Shown here piece after piece: positions 25,336 through 38,129 of a stretch of 64,000 bases of DNA. The translations under genes were made by a program, and so were the position numbers. Below the pieces are notes generated by a model. The model made no database searches. It was not told where the DNA came from and saw only the letters and a list, made by a program, of their open reading frames with translations. Location: NCBI GenBank assembly GCA_013265495.1, contig MU057416.1, positions 1,296,545 to 1,360,544 of the forward strand, in the 5' to 3' direction. The stretch comes from Vicugna vicugna (Eukaryota). The number at the start of each line of letters is the position of its first letter. Position 1 is the stretch's first letter.

Positions 25336-25495
25336 GGGAGAGGGTGTAGCTCAAGTGGCAGAGCGCGTGCTTAGCAGGCACAAGGGCCTGGGCTCCACCC
25401 CCAGTACCTCCTCCAAAAATAAACCAACTCAATTACCTCCCCTCAAAAATAAAACAATGAAATAATACAATAACAAGTAAACAAAATGTTAAAAA
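25336..25495 (+). mobile_element. Vic-1-type SINE, followed by a (CA)n to 25517
   Basis: tRNA-Ala head; tail aattacctcccctcaaaaataaaa. Confidence 0.93.
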
Positions 25496-26149
25496 CACAC
25501 ACACACACACACACACAAATTCTCTTCCCTGCACTGTGTCCTCGCAGCGACCTAGCGTGGTCCTTCCTGTCGAAAGGCAGCGTCTGTGTCCCCATCCCTT
25601 GCGTCTCAGGGGGCCCGGTGACTTGTGAAGCGTATGCAACGCGTGCAATAGCTCTAACTCCCCCGTGGGGTTCGTTCGCTCTTCTGCGGCATCTGGGGCC
25701 CAGCAGCGCCGTGTGAGCGAGCCCTCGCCACCCTGCTGGTCAGGACAGCTGGAGGCCCAGCACAGCTCTCAGGCCCACCGCCGGGCTCGTCGGCGAGCCC
25801 TCCTGGGTTGCCCGGCCACCGTCTAAGCCACCGCGGGCCCCAGACACACGGCGCGCTTGGAAGAAATCCACTGAGCTGCCCGGGCCAGGGCCGTCTCGGC
25901 ACAGTCAGCCAGCGGGGACAGGGCCGGTCCAAGCCCCACGTGGGGCGGGGAGGGCTGGGTCGCTCGCAGAGGCTGATTACAGCCGGGCAGTAGTTTTAGT
26001 TCTGCAGCTCGAAGCGCTGCACTGACATGAGTTCTAACTCACAGACTTAACAGCCCGTTCTTACAGAGTCGGTGGCAAAGTCTGGGGTCCGCGTGCTCTG
26101 TGGGGCAGACCGACGTTGCTGGAGGCCTACGACGTGCACTGGGCTTATT

Positions 26150-26760
26150 CAGCAAGCGTTTCCAGGGCGCCTAGAGTCCACAGGGACCAAAGACGATTAG
26201 GCCAGGCTCTGCCCTCGACATTCTTACGGGGGCGTGGGGGGGAGGTGAAGAAAACACAACAGTAGTCAGATGATTACAGTACAATCTGATCCTTGCGGGA
26301 TTTTGGCGGGCAGCGGGGAGAGAAGGCAGTAAGGCCTCCAGGCCTTGACACCCTGGCCAGATCTTGACCGGTGACCGCAGTGGGGCCAAGAAATGGGTCC
26401 ATTTCACACTCACAGGGCAGCGGAGGAAGGGCAGGCGGAGCCGGGGCCCCGCTCCTTACAACGGCCGGTCGTCTGGGATTGGGACCCAGGACACAGCTGA
26501 GGGGCGGCGGGGAAGGTACCCATCAGGGCGCCTCAGTCCATCAGGCTAAGAAACCTGCATTTCGCTCTGAAGGTAAAGGGAAGCCACTGGGGGTTTTCAA
26601 GGTGGGGGGAGGACAGGACACATCGCAGTGCGGAGAGCGGGGGAGGAAGTCAGCTGAAGGCGGGAGCCCACGGGCAGGGTGGCGGCTGCAACAGACCAGG
26701 GAGATGCCTTGACGGGAGTGACCTCCTCCAGCTGGCGGCGGTGACCAGCCCTAGACCCAG
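26150..26760 (-). mobile_element. L2 LINE fragment
   Basis: ttattcagcaagcgttt...gaaggtaaagggaagccactgggggttttcaagg. Confidence 0.6.
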
Positions 26761-27706
26761 GCACAAGGCGGGTGGGCGAGTTGGGGAGAGAAGCGGAAAG
26801 GCATCATGCAGGGTGCTCCCCAGGCCCGCTGACGCGCTGGGAGCAGGCCTGGGCTTCGGGCTGACAGCTGGGCGTGGACTTTCTGAGCTTGGGCGTCCAT
26901 GGAAATTGCAAGTGAAACGCAGGCTGGTGGTGGGAGGGCGGCCCTGGAGCGGGGTGGACACACACTCAGGGAGACGGACACAGACACACGCCTGGGAGCG
27001 CAGCCCTCCTCTCTGAGAGTCGGCATCGGTGAAATGAAATCTACTTCACCAGGGTCGGGGGGAAGCTACTCGTAAGACTGCTAACGGCTGGTACGCGACA
27101 GGCACTCAACACGCACTGCCCGACTGTCAACACGAGTCAGGGAGAGACTGTATCAGGGAGACAGACCGGGAGGTGCAGGGACGGGGCAGCTCCCGTATCT
27201 CAGAAACAAGCCAAGGAGCAGACAGCCGACGCTGAAACGGAAAAATAACTACATAAAATGAACAGAAGGAAGCACCATAGCAGGTACACTCCAGACAGCT
27301 GCTCACCCACATAAGCCTCCCCTGGCCTCTAAAGGCGCCCCTCTAAGTATGTATTTGAAGAAAATAATAAGTGTTTTAAAAATTAAGAAAAATCTTTGCA
27401 TAAAATGTTGAGCCTTGGCTAAACATGGGGAATGTAAACACGAGCCTCATCCAAACGGCGGTAAGTTCACCGGGCTCATGGTGTAGCTGGGGCGGCGGCC
27501 AGAGCTGGGAAAGCCGCAGGGACGTTCAAAAACTGGAACAAAACGCATCGACTTTTAAGAGCGATCAGATTATATGAGAATTTCTGATTTTTGTAACATC
27601 CTTAATTCATCACGTCTCATTCACATATATGCACCCCTAAGCCCCCAGCAGAGAAAATAAATAAAAGGAAATACAGAATATGTCACTGGGGGGGAGGAGT
27701 ACTCAC

Positions 27707-27920
27707 CTTGCTTTCAAGCTCACTCACGATGACTCTGACCCACCTCCCTGTGGTTGGTTCTGATTCCTTGTCGGAAAATCTCCGTCCAGCCTCGCTGGGC
27801 ACGTGGGCTCCCGCCCTCCTCAGGCTTTCCGCTCTGCGGGGGGTACCGCTCTCCGGAGACTAACAGCCCACACCCACGGGGCAGGACTGTCCATCAAACA
27901 CCACCCGCCCCACCGGTCCC
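27707..27920 (-). promoter_or_regulatory. Candidate alternative first exon plus proximal promoter
   Basis: Perfect donor AAG|GTGAGT at 27707/27706, no upstream acceptor; E-box CACGTG 27800-27805; GC boxes near 27810 and 27905; RUNX-type TGTGGTT 27749-27755. Confidence 0.4.
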
Positions 27921-28019
27921 ACCCTGCCCTTATCTCTGATCTCTTTCTTAGCCAGTGACTAAGGCTCTGCGTTTCCCTGAAAGCATGACTGTTTCATTTC
28001 ATGCCAAAAATACTCACCA

Positions 28020-28165
28020 TGAGGTCACTCCTATGGACAAACCCTCTGAAATCATTGCAAAATTGACTGCGTGTGCATATGTGCATTTTTCTGGGAAAGA
28101 GGACCCATCATTTCAACAGATCCTCCACTCTTTCATGACCCAGAAGCAAGTAAGGAACACCATTT
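28020..28165. mobile_element. Charlie4a/MER80-like fragment
   Basis: tgtgcatttttctgggaaagaggacccat...cagatcctc...tgacccagaagcaagtaaggaacacc. Confidence 0.6.
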
Positions 28166-28895
28166 CATTCTCACTTGGTCCTTCCAACCTGCCTGCTCCA
28201 CAGTGACAGCCAGGATTTATGCAGTTTCTGGAAGAGTCTTGCCCGGAACAGGTGTCCGAAATCACCTGAACGGACCCACGCTGGCCCCCACCACGCGGGA
28301 AAAGGAAAGTTTAGGAAGAAAGAGGGATGAGAAAGCCTGAGCTCCTCCAGTTTCAAGATCCCATCACAAACAGGACAAGAACAAAAGTGAAAGTGAAACT
28401 GTTGTATTTTCTGTAAAATGTGAGCCCAGTCTCCAGCCAGGCTGGGACGGGGACCAGCCCTGTCCGCCCTGACTCACTCCTGTCTTGAGCAACGATCCTC
28501 TCAAACACACTGCAGCTCATCTGTGCCACGTGGGAAACAGTTCCTGCCCCTGCTCTGCCGGAGGAGGGGGGGAGGGCGGCAGATGGCACGCCGAATGCTT
28601 CGGGAACACATCTGTGGGCAGAGTCCCCACCAATCCTCCCGTCCGAGAACCTGCGGTTGCAAAGGTGGCTGAGAGCGTGTTTCCACGTCCCGAGGAGCTG
28701 CCTTCTCTCGGGTCTGAAATATTTCCCAACCTGCTCAAATTCAGCAGTGCCGGTCAGAGGACCTTGGGCTGGAATGCACCCTGACCACACTCCAGAGCAC
28801 TGTTTCTCAACGATTTTAACCCACGTGCCCATTTGAATAAGCATTAGGAATCTCACTCCCTTTTCAAATTTTGTATTATGAGAACAAGGGTTTGA

Positions 28896-29076
28896 GGGGG
28901 GAGGGTGTAGCTCAGTGGCAGAGCACGTGCTTAGCAAGCACGAGGCCCTGGGTTCAATCCCCAGGACCTCCATTAAAAATAAATAAATAGATAGATAGAT
29001 AAACCTAATTACTTCCTGTCCCCTCCTAAGAAAAAACACGAAACAAAAATAACTAAAAATTTGTTTAAAAGAGAGA
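28896..29076 (+). mobile_element. Vic-1-type SINE
   Basis: Near-intact tRNA-Ala head; TSD aacaagggtttg at 28883-28894 and 29077-29088. Confidence 0.96.
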
Positions 29077-29119
29077 AACAAGGGTTTGTGGTTTTCCCCC
29101 CTTTTTTAAAGCACATGAT

Positions 29120-29455
29120 TCTACAACAAATACTATTCTCTGCAGCAAAGAGGAATGGACTAGTGATTTGTGGTGCTGTGGCTGCATCTCAGTGTGTTAC
29201 GCTGAGTGGAAGTAACCGAACCAGAGAGAGGACGTGGTGTGTGAGTCCATCACATAAAATGCTGGAAAATTCAAAGGCTCTCCAGGACGGCCCACGGACC
29301 AGCAGGTGCTGGGGCTGCTGGGAACCCTGGGGGAGCTGCCGCTGAGACCGTCCTGACCTTGACTGTGACGTTTTCACGCGGACGCCTAGTCAAAATTCAC
29401 CGTGCGTGCGCGTTTGCTATGTGTGAATCATGCAGCACAGCTGATTTTCAACGTT
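29120..29455 (+). mobile_element. Old L1M 3' region
   Basis: aaatactattctctgcagcaaagaggaatggactagtgat...gctgagtggaagtaacc...gtcaaaattcaccg. Confidence 0.7.
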
Positions 29456-29914
29456 CCATTACGCTATTGGGCTTCTTCAGGAAAACTGAACACTGTCCAC
29501 CCTGCCCCACAAACTTTGTTCTAAAAGGGCACTTACCAACCACTAGGCCGTCTGAGTCATTCCGGGGCCGCGGACTCAGCACAGCGAGCAAGCACTCAGC
29601 ACCCAGTACCCCGCACGTCCACGGAGCCCTGTGCCCAGACGGTCCCCTCCCCGGAAATGGCCTCCTGAGGCTCCCTCCTCCTCCTCGGCAGTGCAGGCAC
29701 CCCCAGAAGGGGCCCTGACGCTGAGCACAGTGCCTCCTCGGATCCCCCTGACTCCCAGGTACTTTTCTAGCTGCCACCTCTGACTTTGTTCTGACTTCGT
29801 ACTGACTTTGTTCAGGCTTCTGGTCTCCCCGATGAGACTCCACACCTAAAGGGTCATTAACCTTTTTTGTGCCTCGGTCTCCTGTGGCAGCCTTGTGAAA
29901 CCTTCTCACAATCA

Positions 29915-30290
29915 GGGAAAACACACAGGCATATGCAGAAAACCAAATACGAAATAGTTACCAAAATATTAAAATACATATTTGATGTACCTAATAACAC
30001 AAGTACTGCTTCATCCCATGACAAGGTCTAGTGGTCGGTCAAATAACCACCATTATTTCAAAGCAGTGATAGATACATAGGCCCCACATTTCAAGAGAGC
30101 TGCAAACAGCTGTAACACGACATAAAAATACGTGTGATTTCCGGGTGGCGGTCACAGGGACAGCGAGTGCTGTGTGGTTTCCCGTCACCATTCATCTCTG
30201 AAGGAAACACTACACTGTGGCTGGAGGTTAGTTTGCGAAAATGTCACCTTTTCTCCATCCGAGTTCACGAAGCCCCTGAATTCCACCCAA
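29915..30290. mobile_element. Charlie1-type hAT DNA transposon fragment
   Basis: aaatagttaccaaaatattaaaa...ggtctagtggtcggtcaaataaccacc...ccatccgagttcacgaagcccctgaattc. Confidence 0.7.
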
Positions 30291-31799
30291 GGACGAGTGT
30301 CGGTGCTGCCCGCCAGCGATGAAACTGCCCCAGCAACTGGCACCATGCTACATCTGAGTCACACAGCAGAGACAAGTAACTTCTGCTGATAACCGTGCCC
30401 ATGGCTGCTCGGATGCTCATGCCCGGGGCAGCCAGGAGGACTGTCCCCTGACTGGCACGGAGCTTCAGACGCGTCTACCTGGACCCGCATCAGTCCTTGG
30501 CCACCTTATAACGTCGTCTTCAACTATTAACGTAAAGCCGCGGAAAGAGAATAGAGAAGACTCAGGGGACAGAGGGGAGGAGGGGAGGAAGTCAGTTCCC
30601 TCGCTGTGACCTTGCCAGCCCCAGCGTGACCTTCAAGGGGACCGTGGGGCTCTGGGTGCATGAGACGTACGAAATTCTCTGTGTTCAGTCTCTTCCTTCC
30701 CGTTGCCGCAGAGGGTCAGGCAAGATGCTTCGTCCCGACCACACCTCTCTTACTGTGGCCAAACACTTCCTCCGTCCTCTCTGGTTGCTACAGTTACTGT
30801 TGGCAGCACTTCCTGAGTGTGAAAGCGCCGAAACAGGCCCCGGTGAGCCGGAGGAGCAACGGAGCAGCGCGGGGGGAGCCCCGGTTCTCGGTGAGAGTTC
30901 CCGTGACCTCCGGGCTCGGGCCGCACACGGGACCATCAGCCTGGGGCCCGGCCCGTGAGTGGAGCCAATTCCACGGGACGCCTGCAGAGCCGGGCATCGG
31001 GCATCCCCGCGTCGGGCTGCTGGGAGCTCCCGGTGACGGAAGGCGTCCTCGGGCGGAGCTGCAGGACACGCCGGCATCTCTCCTCGGTCTTCACTCTCAC
31101 TCGACAGCTTTTTACTTCCACAAACATGCTCGGGTGGTTGCGTCTGCAGAGCAGCAGCAACCACCTTTGCACCACTTCTCCCTGGAGTTACCAAATTACT
31201 GCCCCGCTATCAGTCCTCGGTTCTGTCCACGGGTGATGTCTCCACTTCCTCCCTCTCCCTCCCTCCTCCAACCTCCCTCAACTCTTTTTCCAGCCACCGG
31301 TCTCAGCACTGGACTGCAACGACCTTATTACCACGGATGGTGCCAGGTGGATGACCTCATTCGTGCCCCCCGGTCCCGGGAACGGCTTTGCGTCCCTGGC
31401 TGGCAGGGTCCCGGCGGAAGCCGGACCCCGTCCCCCCCGGAAACAGCCCCCCTCCCCGCTCCCCTGCTGCCTCCTCCTTTCATCTGCATTTCCCTTAAAT
31501 GCTGCTGTTTCTAATTCTCCCTCTTTAGACTCTGGTCTCACTCACGCTAGCCATTCCCTTCAGGAGATTTGAACCACTGGGCTTCAAGCTCTTGTGCTCA
31601 TGAATCTGCTAAGACGGAAACCACGTGCCCCTTGGCGCTGCCTTGTTCGACACCCACATTCTAGACCCAGTTTAAATGGCTGCAGAGCGACTGGTTAAGA
31701 GGGTTTTGCACACGCACAGATCTTCTCTCAGGGTCAGAAGTCGTGCATCGTTCTTCTTTCTGCTTTAACTCCCAGTTCCATTCCACTCGCCCCACAGAG

Positions 31800-32300
31800 T
31801 TCTCACGCTTTACTGACGTGGAAGTCACACACTGCACAATTCCTCCATTTGTACAATTTTCTGACGTGCACCATTTGGTGGTTTTCAGCATACTCACAGA
31901 GTTGTGCGGCTATCACCACAGTCAGTTTTAAATCACTGCCAGCACCCCAAAAGAAACCCTGCACCCCGCTCCCTGCTCCCCCACCATAGACCCGAACGAC
32001 CACCCCGTTTTCCGTCTGCAGGTTCACTCACTCTGGACGCTTCACACACACGCAGTCACACAACACAAGGTCTCCCGCGACTGGCTTCTTCCGGGCGGCG
32101 GCACGTCTCCGAGGCGCAGCCCTCTCGCAGCCAGACCCGCGCCCACTCCTCTGAGCTGCCCGACGCCGCCCCTGCCGGGGAGGCCGCGTGCTGTCCGGCC
32201 GTCATCAGGTGAGGGCATTCGGGCGGTTTCTGCTTCTTGGCTGTTGTGAATAATGCTGCCATACACATTCGCGTACAATTTTTTTTGTGTGTTGCTAACA
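31800..32300 (-). mobile_element. L1MB-type 3' region, centrally GC-shifted
   Basis: gtggttttcagcatactcacagagttgtgcggctatcaccacagtcagttttaaa...ttggctgttgtgaataatgctgccatacacattcgcgtacaa. Confidence 0.85.
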
Positions 32301-32452
32301 GATTTTAAACCAAATTTATTTTTATGCTTCAAAATCTTTTATCAATAACCTTTTCGTGTAGCTCATCCGTAAACTATGCACATAATTCAAGATTAAAATG
32401 TTTAAAATTTCTGTGACCGTCATCTACACAGCACACACAAAAAAGTTCTTCT

Positions 32453-32579
32453 GGGGGAGGGTACAGCTCAGCGGCAGAGCACATGCTTAGCATGCATGAC
32501 GTCCTGGGTTCAATCCCCAGCACCTCCATTAAAAAATAAATAAACAAACAAACTTAAGTACCTGCCCCCTCCAAAGAAA
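32453..32579 (+). mobile_element. Vic-1-type SINE
   Basis: tRNA-Ala head and tail; TSD core ttcttctg at 32446-32453 and 32580-32587. Confidence 0.95.
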
Positions 32580-33569
32580 TTCTTCTGACTGAACTGAGGT
32601 AAATTCCAGTTTTTAGTAGCACCCAATGACTCAGAGCATCGTAAGGATACCACAAAATTTGGACAATTATTAAACATGAAAGGTAGAATCTTAGTGGAAA
32701 TACAACCCTTGACAAGGTGAACTGGGTTTGTTTTCCAGCGATTAGCTCATGGGTCTGTGGGTGCCCCGTGACTGTAATGACACATTCCAGCGTAGCGGCA
32801 TCACAACTTTGCCTTTTACAGACGCAATCACGAGAAACTCCTCTCAAACAGGTGAAGAAACACGTGTGCCACTTAGAGCCGTGCTGCTCACATCTCTGAG
32901 ACCTGCACGAGGCAGAGCCCCAGGCTCGCCCTTTAATCCATCGTCAGAAGTTACATCCAGGTGTCCCCTGGACACGGTGGGAACTGCAGCCCACACCACG
33001 CGGCTTGTGCAAGGAGGCATCAGCGGGGCTCACGCCTGCATCAGCCCTTGGAGCCCAGGAGACTGTCGCACACTCCTCAGAACACACCAGAGCAGAGATG
33101 TGTCTTTCTCCTGTAAACTGGGAGACAGACTAACTCCAGGGGGATCCACTTGGGAAAGGGGTGTATGTACGAGCAATGAACATCTGGAAACCGCTCCTCT
33201 GGCCCGGACCACCGATTTCACTTTCTTCACTGCCTGCCTCTCCCTCCACGACTTCCACTGCCTGCTGCACTGCCGGCCGGGTCAGCCCTCTGCTCCCTGG
33301 AGAGCCCCACGCCGAGCTAACCTCCCCCCAGGTCTACCGCCCTCCCCAATTCCCAAGCACCCTCGCCCTTTCTCTCCCCACAGCCACCAGATCGATATGC
33401 CACGGAGGTGAATCCCTTCAAGGCCCCGCCCCACTTGAAAGCCATCCCTCTGCAAGTGAAGCACTTCCTCTGAGGGAGCAAGGGAAGCCAGCTATCTCCA
33501 GGGACACAGCTGGAGCCCTCAGCCTCTGACCCTCTGACCCCCGGCTGAGAAGGGCCAGACCTCCAGGAG

Positions 33570-33795
33570 AAGCCAGGCTAGTGGCTAAAAGGCTGGACTC
33601 TGGACTAGGACCGCCTGAGTCACAGGCAGTTACTGGAAATGTAACCTTTAACCTCTCTGAGCCAGTGTCTTCATCTTCAGAGGATAATGACACCATCTTT
33701 CTTAAAAGGGCAGGTACGAAGAGTAAGTGATCAGACGTGTGTAACGTGCGTAGCACGGTGTCTGGCATACGGGGCGCTAGCGTAAATCCAGCTGC
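33570..33795 (+). mobile_element. MIR SINE
   Basis: tagtggctaaaaggctggactctggactagg...ttaacctctctgagccagtgtcttcatct...tagcacggtgtctggcata. Confidence 0.85.
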
Positions 33796-35894
33796 CACCA
33801 CCGTGAAATAAACAACCCACGTCTTAAGCTGGGTGTCCACGTCCACTGCCCTCCAGCCCCCTTCCAGCCCCCCCCCAGCCCCCCCACAACGTGCTCCCTG
33901 GCTCTAGGCAGAGCCTAGCGAAGGCCGGGAACCCAGGGCTCCTGTTTGTTTGTTCTTTTCATGCCAAGTCATTGTACTCTGGCCACCGACCTCAACTGGA
34001 GGAAACACAATGGACTTTCCATACGTTTCGGGTTTTCATCTGTAAGGGTCAACGGCAGAACAGCTCTGAGCAGAGAAGTGCACAAAGTTAGCCTCTTTCT
34101 CTGGGTCCCCCGGCCTCCTAGGTGGTTATCTGCAGCTCTTCTGCCCTTTCCGGGGCGACGGCTCACTGAGGGAGAGCGAGAACCCCACGCCGCCGGTGCC
34201 ACCCCCCCGCCCCAGGCACTGAGCAGGCCTGGCCGGCGGGCAGTCACCTCCCTGAGTTCAGAGGCGCCAGGGCTCAGAGTCCCTCTGCCTGGGCTCACAC
34301 TCTCTGCCCGAGCGCGGCGGGGGTGACTCAGCCTCCGAGTTCTAGGGCACTCGGCTTGAAGGCAAAAAGAACAGTGCCTCCTCTGTGGGTGACCACGAGG
34401 ACGGACGGGAGGGGAGAAGGCCACTGAAGCACAGTGGCCAGCCTGTAGGAGGCAGGCAGGCAGGGCCGTAGCCAACGGCACGTCCCAGATGCTGGTTCAG
34501 GGACGCTGGGCCCCCAGGCTCGTCCACAAGGGACCACCTCCCACTGCTGGACCGAGACCACATTAACTGGCTGTATGTTGAACGTCCACCTTGTGACATG
34601 ACACCAGGATGTCTGTGAATACTGGTGAAGAGAAATTTCTGACTTCTGTGAATGTTTGCACACTCTTAGCTACCAAGCACTGACTTTTGAGGGAACCAGT
34701 TTTCTATTATGAAAATAAACCAGCAGGTATACATACAAGTTATTTCAACTTTTATCTCTGTCTACAGTCCACCTTCCCATCAGGAGTTCTCTAAACTTTC
34801 TTTCTGGGGCTGAGGAAACTGTAGCTTCCTGCCACTTCCCCGATTAACACACTTGCAGTAACGTCTCCTGGCGATTCAACTACGTGATCAAAATAGGAAA
34901 AGAGACTTCCTAAAAGTTCAGCCAAAGTTAGACATCACCAGCTCTTAATAAGTGGCTCATTACAATCCTTTTCTTGTTACTAATTCTTTAAAAGAAAACT
35001 AACTCAAGAATCTTAATTATGCAGAACCACAGAACAATGGCAAAGACTGATTTTCTCCTTTTTCTAAACAATGCAAGACAAGTGCTTCGCCATTTATATT
35101 CATTTTCACTTTCCAAGAACGGGAAAAAACATTTAAAGAATTTCACCAACACATTACCGATCAGAAAGAGGATTTATCAGACTATAACAAGTCTCTGAAA
35201 ACAAGTTTGAGACTCAGCAGTAAGTTTCCCTGTTTACGCACCATCCCCTTCCAGTCTTCTTACTTGTATTTAAATTAGTGACACACCAGCTCGCAGTCTG
35301 ATCTTCTGCAGCAATTTCCCAGGTGCAAAACGTGTGACCCTGCGGAGAAGAGGTGACTCAGCGCGTGTGAACTGCAGACCTCAGGTTTCGAGGGTAGACG
35401 CCTTTCTCTCCTCTTGCAAATACTGCTGAGAAGATACCAGGAGGGGATTTTTTTTTAATTTAAGGTTTAAAAGATCATAGAATCTAAATATATGCCTCTC
35501 TAGCCAAAAAAAAAATATATATATATATATGTATACATAATGGAGAAAAGAGAAATAAGACTTTCATAAAAACAATTTTAATCTGATTGCTAAAAAGACT
35601 GTTGGACTTAAGGACATTATCATTTAAATTGCCCCGGCAGGAAAGACCTCACGGATGCTAAAAAGGTGAGGAAGCTGGTGTGTTTGCACCTTTCTTTCTC
35701 CTATTGTTTAAGTGGAGTCATTTTTCTCCACCTGCAGGATAAACAGAGCACAGTGAAGAAAGAACAGGCCTGCAGAAATCGAGGCTTGTTTACGCAGAGG
35801 CGAAGAAACTAACTTTTCTTTGAATGGCAAGGACCGCACAGCTGAGAAGCCAAGAATTCCGAGCGCTGTGCTTTTCCAGCGGCGTGCACCCTAG

Positions 35895-36076
35895 CGGTTC
35901 CCAAACCTTGCAGGTGATCGGAGCCACACGGGGAGGTTTTTGTAAGTGCAGATTTACAGTGCTCTTCCTGCCCCCAGCCCTGATTCAGTAGGTGTGGGTG
36001 GGGCCCAGGAATCTCTGAAACATTCACCCCGTGACTGCTAGGCCGGCTGCTCTGGGGTCACAGCCGCTGAAGCACA
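35895..36076. mobile_element. MER5A-like element
   Basis: ggttcccaaacc...ctgattcagtaggtgtgggtggggcccaggaatct. Confidence 0.8.
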
Positions 36077-36299
36077 AAGCTGCCGCCAAGCCAGCGGTGA
36101 ATGACCACAGCCACCGCCCGGCGGGCTGTGCTTCGTGTCCTGAAAAGTCAGACCACTTCTTAGCTGAAAGCTGTGATAAGATAATTAGTGACATTCTTAA
36201 GTGTCTTCACTTTAAAAAGCTATTTCAGCACACGACCTCGCCCCCAGTTCCTGTTAACAGGGATGAGCTGCACATGCTTGTCTGAAATAGAGTCCTGAG

Positions 36300-36460
36300 C
36301 CCCGCCCTGTGCGAGCTAGCTTCCTCTGATTCTCTCGTGTAATCTTCCCAGCCATCCCTGGAGGTAACTGCAATTATCCCCATTTTACAGATGAGGAAGT
36401 GGAGGCTGTGAGACGCAAACTGTTCCAGTGATGAAGCCAAGACTCAAACCCAGGGCTTCC
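36300..36460 (-). mobile_element. MIR SINE
   Basis: attatccccattttacagatgaggaagtggaggct. Confidence 0.85.
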
Positions 36461-36799
36461 ACTGGTTTGTTGGTTGGCTGGTTATTTGGAGGAACTTACA
36501 CATGAGGTCTGGATCCGCTCAAATCTTCAGGACTCTCTGGCCTGGGGTGCTCTTCATGAGCTGGTCGTGTTGGGCAGGGGGCCAGCCGCTGGGCAGATAC
36601 AGGGAGCACCAACAGCTCCCTGCTTTGGAAGGACCTTCCTGGCCCCTCCACAGGGCGGAGAGAGGGAACAAGGAACCATCTCATGAGCTCCTCCTGCGCT
36701 TTGTTCCCTCCTGTCTCCAGGAGCGCAGGCTGGGCTGTTGGACCTGCCCATCTGCTCTTCTGATTCAGAAACGCGTCCACTTGTGCGGGGAGGGCGTTG

Positions 36800-36950
36800 T
36801 GGGCGGAGGGTAGAGCTCAGCGGCAGAGAGCATGCTTAGCATGCACGAGGTCTTGGGTTCAATTCCCAATGTCTCTATTTTAAAAAGTTAACAATAATAA
36901 TAAACAATAAATAAGTAAAACCTAATTCCACACCCCCCAAAAGAAAAACA
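36800..36950 (+). mobile_element. Vic-1-type SINE
   Basis: tRNA-Ala head and tail; gcgtccac flanks both sides. Confidence 0.92.
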
Positions 36951-36984
36951 GGGCGTCCACCCAGATTATAGCCACAGAGCTCCG

Positions 36985-37350
36985 AGGTATGTTGGTGGGC
37001 GGGGCCTCTTTGAAAGACTTCACAGAGGATGTGGCTTAGAGCCGAAAGGTAAAGGATGAAAAGATGTCACTAAGCAAAGGGGAGGGAGGGGGTCATAGGC
37101 CCGGCGTGGCCTGTGCCAAGCCTGCCACGTCGCCATGTCCAGGAGGCCAGGAGGCTGAGGTGCGCTGGCTGTAGAGGCCACAGAATGGGGGGGGGAGGCC
37201 AGGGAAAGACCGAGAAGGGGATTTCACGCTTGGTGAGGCGCTCAGACCAAAGGATGCACAGGGAACCAACAGTGGCTTTTATGAGTGGGGTCATGGGACG
37301 AAATTTGGATTTCAGACAGATAATGCTGGAGAATGTGGAGGGGGGCTGGT
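36985..37350 (-). mobile_element. L2 fragment
   Basis: gacttcacagaggatgtggcttagagccgaa...gggaaccaacagtggcttttatgag...gatttcagacagataatgctgg. Confidence 0.6.
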
Positions 37351-38129
37351 GGGGCACAGGGTGGGAGTGATGGGGGACAGGGTGAGCCCGCTACAGTGTC
37401 AGGGACCCGACCAGCACCAGCCAGAGCCGTGCCCTCAGGTGAAAGGAGGGGCCTCACTAGAGAGGGGTCTGAGGCTCAGGGTCTGCGCTCTGGAGTGGGG
37501 GGCTGAACACAGGCCCCAGACCCCTGGCCTGGATCCTGGTCAGGGTTGGGGGCTGACCGGCTGCAGGCCGAGGGTACATGAGGGAGCAGGGAAGAGCCCA
37601 GGTTTTCCCCCAAGGTCTCTACCCAGTGGGTGAAGGCACATGGTCAGCCTGGTTGGGGACCCCAAGCGGACCTGGCATGAAAGAGAAGGCAGGGCCTTGC
37701 CCTGAGATGCGTGGAGCTGGGATGCCTGCAAGACTTTGTTTTACGAATGGTTAGTTGGAAACACAGATGGAACGAGGGGTCAGCACTAGAGGAACAGATT
37801 CATGAGTCATTCGGGATCATATTGGAAGCCTTGGGGACAGAGTTTCAGGGGACGGGAATCCCTAAAGCACACGGATGGGGAACCAAAGCAGCAAACACAG
37901 CCGCTCAGCAAACGCACTGAGAGCCAGCTGCACCCAGGCGCTGCCCAGGAGCCCGGAGTGCTGGGCTCCCCCGGGGGAGACAAGGCCGTCGGCCTGCCGG
38001 GCAGGGCAGCTGCCGAGGAGTGGGGGGCAGGGGCGTCCAGAGCCTGGTGGGGCCGCTGGCTCCCGGGCCAGGTGAGCCGAGACCTAGCATTACACGAACA
38101 TTGACTGAGAGCTTCCTAAATCCAGGATT

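Noticed and set aside
28012..28020. Minus-strand ATG|GTGAGT donor
   Set aside because: Lies at the edge of a Charlie4a-like relic with no supporting acceptor or promoter
28896..28972. tRNA-Ala(AGC)-like genes (this copy and about 15 others)
   Set aside because: Each has a SINE tail, most have poly(A) and a TSD, and their stems carry mismatches; they are SINE heads, not tRNA genes
28353..29081. 242-aa minus-strand ORF, and recurring peptides such as EVLGIEPR / HEVLGSIP in many ORFs
   Set aside because: These are translations of the SINE, not a protein family
30660..31514. Longest ORF in the track (284 aa) and other long GC-rich ORFs (56410-57126, 32749-33411, 46556-47218)
   Set aside because: Low-complexity Pro/Arg/Gly/Ser content, overlapping ORFs in several frames, many non-ATG starts and no recognisable domain; expected in GC-rich DNA
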